The notes below the pieces were generated by a model. It did no database searches, was not told where the DNA came from, and worked only from the letters and a program-made list of their open reading frames with translations. Both the position numbers and the translations under genes were made by a program. A stretch of 58,538 bases of DNA from a virus (lineage: Duplodnaviria > Caudoviricetes), in IMG/VR virus record IMGVR_UViG_3300038463_000101, positions 1 through 58,538 of that record; one strand, 5' to 3'. How positions within the stretch are numbered: the first letter of the stretch is position 1; the number at the start of each line of letters is the position of its first letter. Shown piece after piece: positions 46,616-56,500 of the stretch.

Positions 46616-47229
46616 TTACAACAGCGCCAACATCAACAACTCCCCAGCCGCCTGCCCATACCCTTGTGCTGTCTGCTGGTTCTCCTTGAACGACTCCGCG
46701 CGGCTATCGGTTGCGTTCTGCAAAACATCGGTGTTTGCCGACGAACCTAACCCTAACAAATTCAAAGCATTAACTTCCTGAGCCTGCCCCACTTTCGCCA
46801 ACCCTTCCGCCCCGGCAATCTGCTTTTGCGTCTGCAAATTCTGCTGGATGCCGAGCTGCTGGCTGATGATGCTGTCGATATTCGCGTTGGTCGTCGCGCC
46901 GGCCTCGCGGTTTAGTTCCGCCGTGCCGCCCGTCCTGCCGGTCCCGCTTGCGGCTTCTGCGCGTCTGGTGGCATCCGCTTGACTCTGTGCGGCATTGATG
47001 GCGGGCGCGGCGTTCTGCTGGATTTGCGTGCGCCCTGGCACCGTCGCCGATAGCAAGCTGGAGAAGGCGTTACCGGCCTGGCCAAGTGTGCTCTGTCCGG
47101 TCGTTTGCTGGTTCTGTCCGAGGCCGAAGCCGTAGGAAAACACGTTTCCCGCGTTCTGCGTTGCTTGCAGTTGGTCGGCACGGTCTGTCTTGGCTGAAGA
47201 TCCGCCAATGCCTAGAGGAATCCGCCCAT
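46616..47229 (-). CDS. putative DNA pilot/ejection protein with frame disruption at codon 5-6
   Basis: RBS AAAGGAG-ATG GGC GGA TTC CTC TAG; Gln/Ala/Gly-rich long frame continues LGIGGSSAKTDR. Confidence 0.6.
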
Positions 47230-47244
47230 GGTACGCTCTCCTTT

Positions 47245-47943
47245 CTATGCCACCATGGCTGTTTGCCACGACTCGCCACGCACAATTCGGCTGATTTGGG
47301 ACTGCCCAAGTCCAACCGATTTAGCAACGGCGCGTTGGGTTTCTCCGGCACGTACCCGCTTACGGATTTCGTCCGCTTGCTCCGAAGAAATTTTAAGGTT
47401 ACGATCCCGGCGACATTCCACCTTGATGCCAAGGCGCGACCGTCGAAGGCCGTTTAAGATTCGGCTTACCTGTACTTGTCCGACGCCAAGCATCTCGCCG
47501 ATAATTCTCTGAGACTTACCTTCTGAGTACAAAACTGGAATGCTCTGCGCCTGCTCTGTCGTGAGCGCTCCAAGTTCCCCGCGTCGGATGTTCTCGGATT
47601 GCGTGACCAATTCGGCGTGTTCAGGGTTGACGCATCGGCGCACTCGGCAAAGATGATCGAGTTCCGCGCGTTCCCCGTCGAGTGTTGCGGGAATCGGACC
47701 AACAAACTGCTCGTAGTAGTAGCGGTGCGCGGCGCACGTCTTCCCTTCGTGCTTGACCTTGCCGTACCCCCACTTGTTTATGCCAAGATTCCAAACCCAA
47801 CACGGCGTTTTGTACCCACGGTCTTCAATGCGGTAGTCTTGGGGCTGCTTACGTGTGGTTTTGCCGTAATGGTGATTGACCAGTAGTTGATCGCCACAGG
47901 GACGAAGACAGCCACACGCGCAGATGTTTGGCGAACCACCCAT
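47245..47943 (-). CDS. HNH homing endonuclease with two HTH motifs
   Basis: CWVW...GYG...AHRYYYE...DHLCRVRRCVNPEH...EN; SQRIIGEMLGV.Q..VSRI and TQRAVAKSVGL.QSQISRI. Confidence 0.9.
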   Translation of the reverse strand: MGGSPNICACGCLRPCGDQLLVNHHYGKTTRKQPQDYRIEDRGYKTPCWVWNLGINKWGYGKVKHEGKTCAAHRYYYEQFVGPIPATLDGERAELDHLCRVRRCVNPEHAELVTQSENIRRGELGALTTEQAQSIPVLYSEGKSQRIIGEMLGVGQVQVSRILNGLRRSRLGIKVECRRDRNLKISSEQADEIRKRVRAGETQRAVAKSVGLGQSQISRIVRGESWQTAMVA

Positions 47944-47970
47944 ACGGGTAGTTTAGCTTACGCGCGGGTG

Positions 47971-48363
47971 CTACTGCACATCGTACCCGCTCTGCGCCGG
48001 AATCGTCACAAACACCGGACTCTCCACCTTCTGCATCCCGTACCGCGCACAAAGGCGCTCAGTGAAGGGGCTGTCGGCAATGCAAAGAAGGCCGCGAGTT
48101 TCGTGTTGCTTGAGATAGGTTTGCATCTCTTCGACCAGCCTCCGCGTCGTCTCACCAGCATCTCGCTGTTCATTGTCATGCCGCGTCAATGGTCCGAGCA
48201 CCGGGAAAAGCTGTATCGCCAACGACTCCACCAATGCCCCTTTATCGTCAAATGCGCCGAGAACACTGGCGCACAGCACGGAAAGCATGGCCTGACCGCG
48301 CATGGCCAGTGCGGGGTTGAGCACGTTCTGTACCTCGTCGTCGGTGAGGAAGCGGTAGGTCAT
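47971..48363 (-). CDS. GNAT-like virion assembly protein (T7 gp13/P22 gp14 position)
   Basis: Upstream of ejection genes; R.AG..RRLVEEM...RLCARYGM. Confidence 0.5.
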   Translation of the reverse strand: MTYRFLTDDEVQNVLNPALAMRGQAMLSVLCASVLGAFDDKGALVESLAIQLFPVLGPLTRHDNEQRDAGETTRRLVEEMQTYLKQHETRGLLCIADSPFTERLCARYGMQKVESPVFVTIPAQSGYDVQ

Positions 48364-48364
48364 G

Positions 48365-48617
48365 AAAGTTTTTTACCCGGAATCTTGGCACCGCTCCGGG
48401 TGGGCGGTTAGGAGGTACGTGTGTGTTTCATGAGCCAATCTCGCACGGCGCTCACGCTACGCCGCCTACAAAGCCTTGCCGGGATCTCCCCGGACAACAT
48501 GCACACGCCCGCCAAAACTTAGAACGGGACGGGTTGCCAAGCCGCCCCAGTGCCGCGCCACCATCTATGGCAGTGAGTTTATTGCGTAGGCACTCAATAC
48601 GGACGAGACGCCCGTAA
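48365..48617 (-). ncRNA. candidate structured ncRNA (~250 nt)
   Basis: Multiple stems with G-U pairs only on the minus strand; loop-loop CUUGGCA/UGCCAAG complementarity. Confidence 0.55.
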
Positions 48618-48619
48618 TC

Positions 48620-49093
48620 TCACCCTCTACTACAATTCACCAGCACCACGTTCGCTCCATCGCCGTTCGTATCGGCGTCAATCACATACCCATACGGGCT
48701 GATCGTGGGGCCGTCAAACTCCATTGACGGGAGATTCACGAACCCGCCTGGAAGCAGCATGGCGATTAAAACTCCCGAATCCGCCTTATTTCCCGCTCCA
48801 CCGCTGTTCTGGTTTCCGGGTCCAAGCGGCATCAAAACATAAACATTGCCGGTGGTGTTCTGCCAACCAATGTTGGCGTTCCCCGGCTTAACCGCCTGAA
48901 TCCAGATGCGGTGGCAAGTGGGCGAGAACTCCGCGCCTTGCCCAGAACCCGGTCCAGTTGGCGTCCACGGCGCATTATTCATGCCGGGGTCCACGACGCT
49001 CATGATGTTTACCGGAACGCCGTTGTTCGCGACCGGAACAAAACCGAGCGGCCAAAACGTTCCTTGCGGGTTCTGGAGTACGCTGTTCGACAT
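48620..49093 (-). CDS. putative virion protein
   Basis: 157 aa beta-rich, IWIQA..N.GNVYV pattern. Confidence 0.6.
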   Translation of the reverse strand: MSNSVLQNPQGTFWPLGFVPVANNGVPVNIMSVVDPGMNNAPWTPTGPGSGQGAEFSPTCHRIWIQAVKPGNANIGWQNTTGNVYVLMPLGPGNQNSGGAGNKADSGVLIAMLLPGGFVNLPSMEFDGPTISPYGYVIDADTNGDGANVVLVNCSRG

Positions 49094-49109
49094 AATACCC
49101 TTAGCTTAC

Positions 49110-49574
49110 CTAAGCAGCGGGCTTCGCGGCGGCAAGGGCTGCTGCTGCGGCTTCTTCCTGGTGGGCCTTGTTCGGATGCGCCAGCTTGAACAGGAAGCGC
49201 GGGTGGGCGTTGGGTACGATCTGCGGAGCGGCCGGCGCCGTTGCCGTTGTCCCGGTGGCACTGGGAACGACCGTCTCACCGGAAGCGTTCTTGAACACGC
49301 CAACTTCGGCCGCCACGATTTGCTCGATCAGGGAAGCAAGGCTTGCGTAAGCCCCGATGTTCCCGCCGAGCTGCGAGGCAATGCCGGTCAGATTGTTGAT
49401 GGTTGAAAACGTGTTGGATAACGCACTCGTTCCGGCGAGGGGATGGACCGCTTGCGCGATAGTCGCGACTATCTGCGATTCCGGCGTCAAATAATCCATA
49501 ATGTCGGTTGATACGGCGGCTACCGTCTTTTGCGCGGCTGTCTCTGCGGGTTGCGCGATGCCTGCTGTGCTCAT
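49110..49574 (-). CDS. Ala/Thr-rich hypothetical protein
   Basis: RBS AAAGGAAA before ATG 49574. Confidence 0.6.
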   Translation of the reverse strand: MSTAGIAQPAETAAQKTVAAVSTDIMDYLTPESQIVATIAQAVHPLAGTSALSNTFSTINNLTGIASQLGGNIGAYASLASLIEQIVAAEVGVFKNASGETVVPSATGTTATAPAAPQIVPNAHPRFLFKLAHPNKAHQEEAAAAALAAAKPAA

Positions 49575-49589
49575 TTGATTTCCTTTCGT

Positions 49590-49637
49590 GTCAAGATTAT
49601 CATGGTCAAGATTATCATGGTCGCTACCAGAAAGCAA
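49590..49637 (-). promoter_or_regulatory. sigma70 promoter with CTGGTAGCGAC spacer and 15-bp tandem duplication
   Basis: TTGCTT-17-TAATCT; GTCAAGATTATCATG repeated at 49590 and 49605. Confidence 0.7.
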
Positions 49638-49741
49638 GAGTCTTGGCTTGGCGGGTAGAGCGGCTTTATTTGCCGCCCCACCTACGCCAAACAAGTACAA
49701 TCGCAGAGAGTGGAACAAAGATCCAGAGCGCATCCATCCCC

Positions 49742-50194
49742 TTATGCGGCGACGGGCGACTGGAAGCTGATGGTTAAACTCGTGGCTCCGCTGGGGCCGG
49801 TGGTCGATGTGACGGTCAAGGTGGCGCTGTCAACCAAGATGGTCGGGTTGGCCGAGTCCACGGCGCTGATAATAGTCGAGCCCGCTTTCAATGGCGTCCA
49901 GACCGCCGAGCCATCCGTGCTGTCCACAACGAAGCTGGCAATGGTCGCATCGGCAATGGTATAGCTGATGTCGGAGCCGACGAAGGCAACGCCGCCGCCC
50001 GCATTTGCTTCGCTGATAACGGATTTAATCGTCTGATTGAGGGCAACGGTGCCCACGGTAGAAACTGGCATGTTTTCTCCTTTGAAGAAAATTTTCAGGG
50101 TAGTCGGTTTAGCTAGAATGGCGAGAATGCGCTGTAGAAGCTGAAGCAGGTGTTCTTCGCCCCTGCGTATTTCGCGCTCATCTAATCTTGACAT
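49742..50194 (-). CDS. Ig-like domain protein with second in-frame start at 50071
   Basis: Y..AD.TIA...G...PLKAGST.ISA pattern; AAAGGAG RBS before Met42. Confidence 0.6.
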   Translation of the reverse strand: MSRLDEREIRRGEEHLLQLLQRILAILAKPTTLKIFFKGENMPVSTVGTVALNQTIKSVISEANAGGGVAFVGSDISYTIADATIASFVVDSTDGSAVWTPLKAGSTIISAVDSANPTILVDSATLTVTSTTGPSGATSLTISFQSPVAA

Positions 50195-50204
50195 TTCGTA
50201 ATCG

Positions 50205-50242
50205 AGTTTACCCTAGTCGCTACCAGAACGCAAGGGTAAACT
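50205..50242. promoter_or_regulatory. bidirectional promoter with CTGGTAGCGACTAGG core
   Basis: AGTTTACCCT...AGGGTAAACT perfect 10-bp inverted repeat; - TTGCGT-17-TAAACT; + TAAACT before ATG 50250. Confidence 0.8.
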
Positions 50243-50249
50243 GAAAAGG

Positions 50250-50549
50250 ATGGGGCCGCCAGACGCTACACCGCCGAACACTACCGAAGAACAGAACTTG
50301 ACGTTTGCGGGTCAACGCAAGGTCAACTTAATTTGGGAATATACCCAAGCCGCGATTGCCATTTTGGTCGTTGGATGCACAATGGCGGCGGGGCTCAAGG
50401 CGGCATTCGCGCCAGCGCCGGGGAGGGAAATACCGACCATCCTTGGAACCGGCTTCGGCCTCGTTGTCGGTTTTTATTTTTCCCGGACTAATCACAGTGC
50501 CATCGGTGGCATTGGCGACAAGCCGAAACAGGAGTATCAAGGAAGATGA
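50250..50549 (+). CDS. two-TM membrane protein (holin candidate)
   Basis: GQR.VNLIWE.TQA.IA, VVGFYFSRTNH. Confidence 0.65.
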   Translation: MGPPDATPPNTTEEQNLTFAGQRKVNLIWEYTQAAIAILVVGCTMAAGLKAAFAPAPGREIPTILGTGFGLVVGFYFSRTNHSAIGGIGDKPKQEYQGR

Positions 50550-52666
50550 AACTTGCCCTCGGCCTGCTGGCCGCATCCCTCTACGCGCAAACTCTTCCCC
50601 CCATCTGGCCCAACGCCGTTGCCACGAACAACAACCTTCTCGTGGCCGGAAACGGCGCGACCGCTACGCTCGCCGCCCCGATCACCACTACGACCGGACT
50701 GAGCTTCACCATCACTAGCCCCACCAGTTTTGCCGCGAACATGGTGGTGCAGGTCGATAACGAACAAATGCTAATCTGCACCTACAGCTATCCCACGGTG
50801 ACCATTTGCTCCGGGGGCCGCGGCTTCGGCGGAACGACGGCGGCCACGCATCTTGTGACGCATGTGGTGGCGAACTACGTTTTCTCGCAGTATCACAACG
50901 GGTTGAGCACGGAGTTGCAGGCGGTGGAGAGTTGGCTCAATGGCTACACGCCACCCAATGCAACCACGGCGTTACCGCTTGTCGATCAGTTGCTAGCCCA
51001 GATTCAAAACGATCCGCGCAACTGGGGAGCGGTTGGCGTGGTAGCGCCATCTTCACAGGGCTGCTCATCCTCGACGGTGGACGATAAAACGGCAATTCAG
51101 TTGGCGCTCACGGCCGCATCGACTTACGGGCCACCGGATGTTTATTTGCCGATTGGTTACTGCTGGCCGATTCAGACCCACATCTGGGTACCACCGGGCG
51201 TACATTTTCACAGCATTGGCCGCACGAGCGGGTACGAACAAAGTAGCGCAACGGGAGCCGTTTTACTCGCGAACGCAAACTGGGCCGCCACGAACACAAC
51301 ATTTCCATATTCTCAAATGGTCTGGAATAGCGGATCTGACTGCACAAGCGGGACATGCACCTTTAGCGGAGTGACATTCGCTAGCGAAATCGACCACTTG
51401 GAAATAAACTGCAATGACCAAGTTGGTTGCGGCAACCTGCTTGGCATCGGAAGGCAGGAGAAATCCACCTTCCACGATTTGCTTCTCACTGGCTCGGTTC
51501 CATTTGGAAGCGGCGGATACAGCCACGCATGGTTTGAGCAAGGGGTCGATTGTGGAGGGTATAGCCCCGGTGTGGATGGTTGCCTTTTGAATGAATCCGG
51601 CCAAGCGGGTACGGGGCCAGCCGGTCCAGACTACAACATCGAAGTCTACCCGTCGTATAACAACTGTCAAGCTAACGTTGTCCCGATCAGCTTGCAAGGT
51701 CTAAACGGGTACAAGGGCTTGTCGAGCATTACGGTCGGCGGCGTTTGCGGACTAATCCCCTACGCTGGCTACGTTTGGGGTAGTTCGTTCTCGCTTGGAA
51801 CAAATGGCTTGATGCACGATGAGACAACGACAAATGGCTGGTATATCGGAAGCGATCCTGCGGGGACTGGATGTAACGGCGCGAACAACGCGCTTTTTGA
51901 GAACTTCGAGCACGCTATCACCATCGCTCACTGCGGAGCGCAATACGCGCTCACCTTCATAAACGCCAGTGGTGGCGTGATAAACAACCAGGCAACCGTC
52001 CCATATACGACCTCATCCTTAGATCATTACTTTGATTCGGGGCCGCCGCAGACATATGGATGGCCTGGAATTTCTTACCCGGCGTTCTCGGAGTCAACGC
52101 TCACATACAGCGATCCTGGTGCCATAAATTTCGTTGGTCACAACGGAATCAGCCTTTACGCCACCACTCCGCACGCGGGACTAAACGAGCAATTTCTGCT
52201 CGATACTGGAAGCATCTACATGCGGGCCTCGCTCTGTTCTGACGGCTGGTGGAATACTTCAACGCAACTGTGGAACGTAGGGTCGAATGGTGCCGGAGAC
52301 GTGAGTTGTTGGGTGGCGGGTAACGGCTGGAATGGACTGGTGGCTTATCCCGGTACGGTCAATACCACCATCTCGCAGACCACGCTCAATAACAACGTGG
52401 CGATGGCGACGAATACTTCAGGGCATACGGTCGTCGGTAAGGGAATCATAGACAACGGTTCGGGCGCGTTGCTGGACGACGGCAATACCCTGCAAGTGGG
52501 CGGTGGTATTTCCATCGGCGTCATTGGTGGCACACGCCCCACATGGAAAACCGGCAGCGGCAACCCCGCCGGCGGCTGTACGAAGGGGTCGATTTACAGC
52601 GACTACAGCGGTGGAGCGCTATGGTTCTGCACGTCGAGCGGCTGGTCGGCGGTAACAATTCCTTAA
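50546..52666 (+). CDS. signal-peptide-bearing tailspike (pectate-lyase-like)
   Basis: MKLALGLLAASLYA-Q; RGFGGTTAATH; DPRNWGAVG...DDKTAIQ...VYLP; GSGNP.G.C..GSIY C-terminus. Confidence 0.8.
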   Translation: MKLALGLLAASLYAQTLPPIWPNAVATNNNLLVAGNGATATLAAPITTTTGLSFTITSPTSFAANMVVQVDNEQMLICTYSYPTVTICSGGRGFGGTTAATHLVTHVVANYVFSQYHNGLSTELQAVESWLNGYTPPNATTALPLVDQLLAQIQNDPRNWGAVGVVAPSSQGCSSSTVDDKTAIQLALTAASTYGPPDVYLPIGYCWPIQTHIWVPPGVHFHSIGRTSGYEQSSATGAVLLANANWAATNTTFPYSQMVWNSGSDCTSGTCTFSGVTFASEIDHLEINCNDQVGCGNLLGIGRQEKSTFHDLLLTGSVPFGSGGYSHAWFEQGVDCGGYSPGVDGCLLNESGQAGTGPAGPDYNIEVYPSYNNCQANVVPISLQGLNGYKGLSSITVGGVCGLIPYAGYVWGSSFSLGTNGLMHDETTTNGWYIGSDPAGTGCNGANNALFENFEHAITIAHCGAQYALTFINASGGVINNQATVPYTTSSLDHYFDSGPPQTYGWPGISYPAFSESTLTYSDPGAINFVGHNGISLYATTPHAGLNEQFLLDTGSIYMRASLCSDGWWNTSTQLWNVGSNGAGDVSCWVAGNGWNGLVAYPGTVNTTISQTTLNNNVAMATNTSGHTVVGKGIIDNGSGALLDDGNTLQVGGGISIGVIGGTRPTWKTGSGNPAGGCTKGSIYSDYSGGALWFCTSSGWSAVTIP

Positions 52667-52872
52667 GGTGTCAACGTCTTCACCGTCTGCAACCGCTGAT
52701 ACTCCGCAAACTGCTTGTTAAGTTTATCCATACCTGTTTGCAAGTCGCCGACTGTAGACTCCAAGCTTGACGCTCTTTGCTGCAAGGCGTCGATGTTCTG
52801 CTTCAGGCGCAAATAGGAATCCGGCGTGGGCTGATTGCCGAGAGGTGGGCCTTGAATGGGCTGGCTTGGCAT
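52663..52872 (-). CDS. small coiled-coil tail-region protein
   Basis: MPSQPIQ...; heptad pattern. Confidence 0.5.
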   Translation of the reverse strand: MPSQPIQGPPLGNQPTPDSYLRLKQNIDALQQRASSLESTVGDLQTGMDKLNKQFAEYQRLQTVKTLTP

Positions 52873-52883
52873 ACAATAAAACC

Positions 52884-53339
52884 ATGATAGACCCAGCCAA
52901 GCTATCGGAAGCGGCACAGGCTGCGCGGGATACCGAAGCAACAACGGGTTTCCCAGCGCAGGTAACGCTCTGTCAATGGGCGCTCGAATCGGGGTGGGGC
53001 GAGCATTGTCCGATGAATAATTGTTTCGGGATCAAAGAATATCCGGGCTGCTACGGGCAACAGCAACTCCTCACCACTGAGGTTTTCCACGGTGTTGCGA
53101 AGAAGGTCTATCAGTGGTTCGCGACCTTTCCCACGCTCACTGCCTGCTTTCAGAAGCACGCCGCACTCATTACCGAGTCGCCGCGCTACTCGATTCCGTG
53201 GGGCAACTGGCTGGCGAATGGCGACCTCGATCAGTTTATCGACGGGGTAGCGCAGATTTACGCCACGGACCCTGAGTATGCAAACAAGCTGCGCGAGGTG
53301 TTGGGCATGAGCGAGGTAGTGGGGGCATTGGAAGCATGA
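52884..53339 (+). CDS. endolysin, glucosaminidase (GH73/FlgJ-like)
   Basis: QWALESGWG, NNCFGIK, TTE, YATDPEYA; TACAAT 6 nt before ATG. Confidence 0.9.
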   Translation: MIDPAKLSEAAQAARDTEATTGFPAQVTLCQWALESGWGEHCPMNNCFGIKEYPGCYGQQQLLTTEVFHGVAKKVYQWFATFPTLTACFQKHAALITESPRYSIPWGNWLANGDLDQFIDGVAQIYATDPEYANKLREVLGMSEVVGALEA

Positions 53340-53473
53340 AGCACGTTTTCGCGGTTTTGTTCTTGGCGGTCGCGGCGCATGGGCAGATTATAAACCCGCC
53401 GAGCGGAGGTGGCGGCGGTACCGGCAACGTCACCGGTCCCGGCTCCTCGACCTCGGGCGATCTACCTAACTAA
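53336..53473 (+). pseudogene. 45-aa stub of a signal-peptide tail fibre gene
   Basis: MKHVFAVLFLAVAAHG-QIINP...GNVTGPGSSTSGD*; GQIINP shared with the 31527 gene. Confidence 0.55.
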
Positions 53474-53504
53474 TGCCCTCCCCATCCCTCATCCTCGCGC
53501 CCCC

Positions 53505-56500
53505 TCAGATCCGAGCCTTATCCCCAAACTCCGCGCCAAGGTTGTTGTATGCTCTCATCTCCCCTTGCCGTCCCCAATCGTAAACATGCACGATGAAGTC
53601 GTTGGCGAAGACCTGAAACGGAGCGGGTGAAGTTAGCTGAAACTGGTAAAGTTGCCCTTTGTTGAACGAGAGAGTCAGTAAAACCCTTTGCATCACCACG
53701 CCTGTAGCTGGCAATGTCAAAGCAACCGGCGACTGCCCATCGTATGAAGTAATCGTCAATGTGACTGATTGCGTGGACGCATACGCCGCCTCGATGCGCG
53801 GGATGGACTTGTACCCCTTGCTGCCGAGCGCGGTCCATTGCGTAATCCAAACAGCCGCGAGTTCCGGCGTTTCTTCCCAGATCCAAACTATCTCGTCATC
53901 CCAATAGCGGCAGGGCGCGAGTGGGTTTAGTTGGAACTCATGGCCGATGATCGGAGAAAACGAGAACGGCACGGCGGTCTTCTCTGCCGGGGGCGTTGAG
54001 ACTGGCGGAAGAGTGATGACCGCTCCATCTGAGCTTACGATTTGAATGGAAACCCCATTCGCTCCCACATTGTTGTTACCCCACAGGATGCCGCCAAACT
54101 CGCTGTTGTTGCCCCAATAGCCGCCGTTTCCAGCGTTATTGGCGTTACCGCCATTCGTATCCAGCGGGATGACGCACCCTTGCAGGAACTTGGCGGCCGT
54201 CGTTCCCATGTTGAACCACTTCGAGGGCAACTGAGATATCTCTGGCCACGGATCGCGTATCCACTCGATGCCGAACTTTTGCCACGGTATCAAATCCTGC
54301 GACTCATCGCGGACCATGTGAGCGACAAAGGGCGGGTTGAAGAAGTAGGCTATTTCCTGCTCGCCGTTGTGATTGATTAAACCGTTCCCAAGGATGCCGG
54401 AGAACTGCACGAGGGTATTCGAGTCCCCGTTGCGGATGGAAATGTTCTTGTTCGCGCCGTTCGTGTTCGCGTGAATGATGCACCCGCGCACGTAAGACGC
54501 TTGGCCGAAGTCCACCCAATCTCCGTAACGGTCCTTGATGATTTCCGGCTTGTCAACGAACGAGGGTTGCCAAACGTGGATGCTGGTGTAGTTGTTCTGT
54601 GTGGCGAAGTTGTCAGACCACGAGAGTTGCAGGCCGATGAAGTTGACCAGTGAGGCGCCACCGACGCTTACGGGGACGAACTGGCGGTTATTGTTAGCGG
54701 CAATGGTGGTGTTGTTCGCCACATTAGCCCCCTGGCTCACTGGCGTTACGCTCATGCCGGCGGGCGCGAACACGTCCACGTACTGATCACCCCACTGCGT
54801 CTGAGCCCGCGCATCTCCGCCATCCCATTCGGCTGTGTAGACCAAGCTCGATATCGGCGTGCCGTTGTTGTTGCCGCCATCGTTGGTCAAGTCCTGAAGC
54901 TTAACCACATTGCCGTTCATCGTTCCCATGACGACTGCCGGGTAGAGTGACGGGCTGGTGGTGAGCGTTCCCTTCGGCTGCTCCAGCGCATAAACCGCCG
55001 TCATCGTGGCCGCGTACACGTCGTTCTCCCACGCCACGGAGTCGCCTTTTATCTCTCCGATCAACATCCGGTATGTATTGCTGACATCGACGTACAGCGC
55101 GTACAGAAGCCCCTCGCGGACGGCAAGCCGGAACTGCGAAGCTCTGGAATAATCGGGGGCGTAGTAGGTGACGGGGCCGCGCGTTACGTTCTTGCCTTGA
55201 ATGCCACCATGCGGAAAGAGCGTAAATAAATCCGTATCGGTGAGGCTGATGGCTGGCCCACCGCCGGTAACCGCGATACAGTCCGTCGCCCAGAAATAGA
55301 GCTTGGAGCCGTCCGCGCATTTCCCATAGGGGCTCGCCAGCCGCTTGCCCACTGCTATCTCGACCTGTTGGTAACGTTGTGCCTGATTGCCCGCCTGGAA
55401 GTACAGCGCCCACCAGCGGTTTGAACTGGCCACGATGTCAATACCGCCAAGCGTGGCCCCACCCAGCAGCGGCTCGGACGGTGGGCATAGGTCAAGCGTA
55501 TTCTTTGTTGGCGCGGCGTCTGGGGCGTAAGGCTTGGCCCACTGCACCACGCCGGGGCGCAGGACGCCGCCGCACGAGAAGAAGTCGCCATACTCGTTTG
55601 GACCCCAAGCGTAGGGGAGTGGTTGGGCGGCGACGTTGGGTTCGAGGACGAACACAGACGAAGGTGCTATGCCGCCAATGCACTCCTCGAATTGGAATAA
55701 ATAGGTGTTGTTTCCGAGGGATGTAGGGCGATAGCGCAAAGTGAAGGCTTCACCGCCGAGGGGACCGCCCCCTGTTTGAGTGAGCCCTAGCTGAAACAGT
55801 GTCCCCGGAAGCCATTCGCCAATCAAGGAGGGCCATGCGTTGCCGCCGGTCAACTGTGTTGTGAGTTGATAGCCGTAAGCGTTTAGCGTGGCCGCGAATC
55901 CGTTACTACCTCCGATTAGCAGCGGCAAATCTAATGTGGGCCACGGTTGCGTATTGTCGATAGACACCTGCGGAACGTCGCCACTCACGGCATCATCGAA
56001 ATAGTTGTCTACGAAATCAGAGCCAATGGGGGCCGTTCCCAGGAAACGATAGGAAAACACCGAGCCGCCATAGCGGTAAATCTCCCACGTGTCAATTTGC
56101 GAATCATAAGCGGCTGACAGGGCGCTCGTCTTAACATTCACCGACTGGCGCTTGGGCGTTACCCCATAGCGCATCAGAGCCGTGGGGTTTCCTCGCACTC
56201 CAGTTAGGCTCGATAGCGGCACGGCTTGATATTTATAAGTAGATCCGTTGTTTCCCGTATCCGGTTGCCCGCCGGAGCCGATCCAGATGGAGCCGAACTG
56301 CACGCTGATGTTGTTCGATACGTTGAACTGCAACTGCATTCCGGTTACGTTGGCGAGGGTAAGCCCTTGGTTGCCGCCCAACTGTGTCAACTGCGATAGG
56401 TTGAAGAGAATTTCGCTATAAGCGTTGTTTCCGGCTACCGCATAACCGGGCGCAGCGACCCCCGTTTCGAGTCCCGCTATGATCTGGCCTTCTGCGGCCT

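Noticed and set aside
47212-47214. Stop-codon reassignment as explanation for the early TAG
   Set aside because: Readthrough would stay in the wrong frame, and other genes are intact under code 11 with TAG used as stop
48423-48617. 64-aa + strand ORF over the candidate ncRNA
   Set aside because: No RBS, opposite to the operon, non-protein-like composition
49575-49733. N-terminal extension of ORF 49110-49733
   Set aside because: Spans a promoter and tandem duplication; the RBS supports a start at 49574
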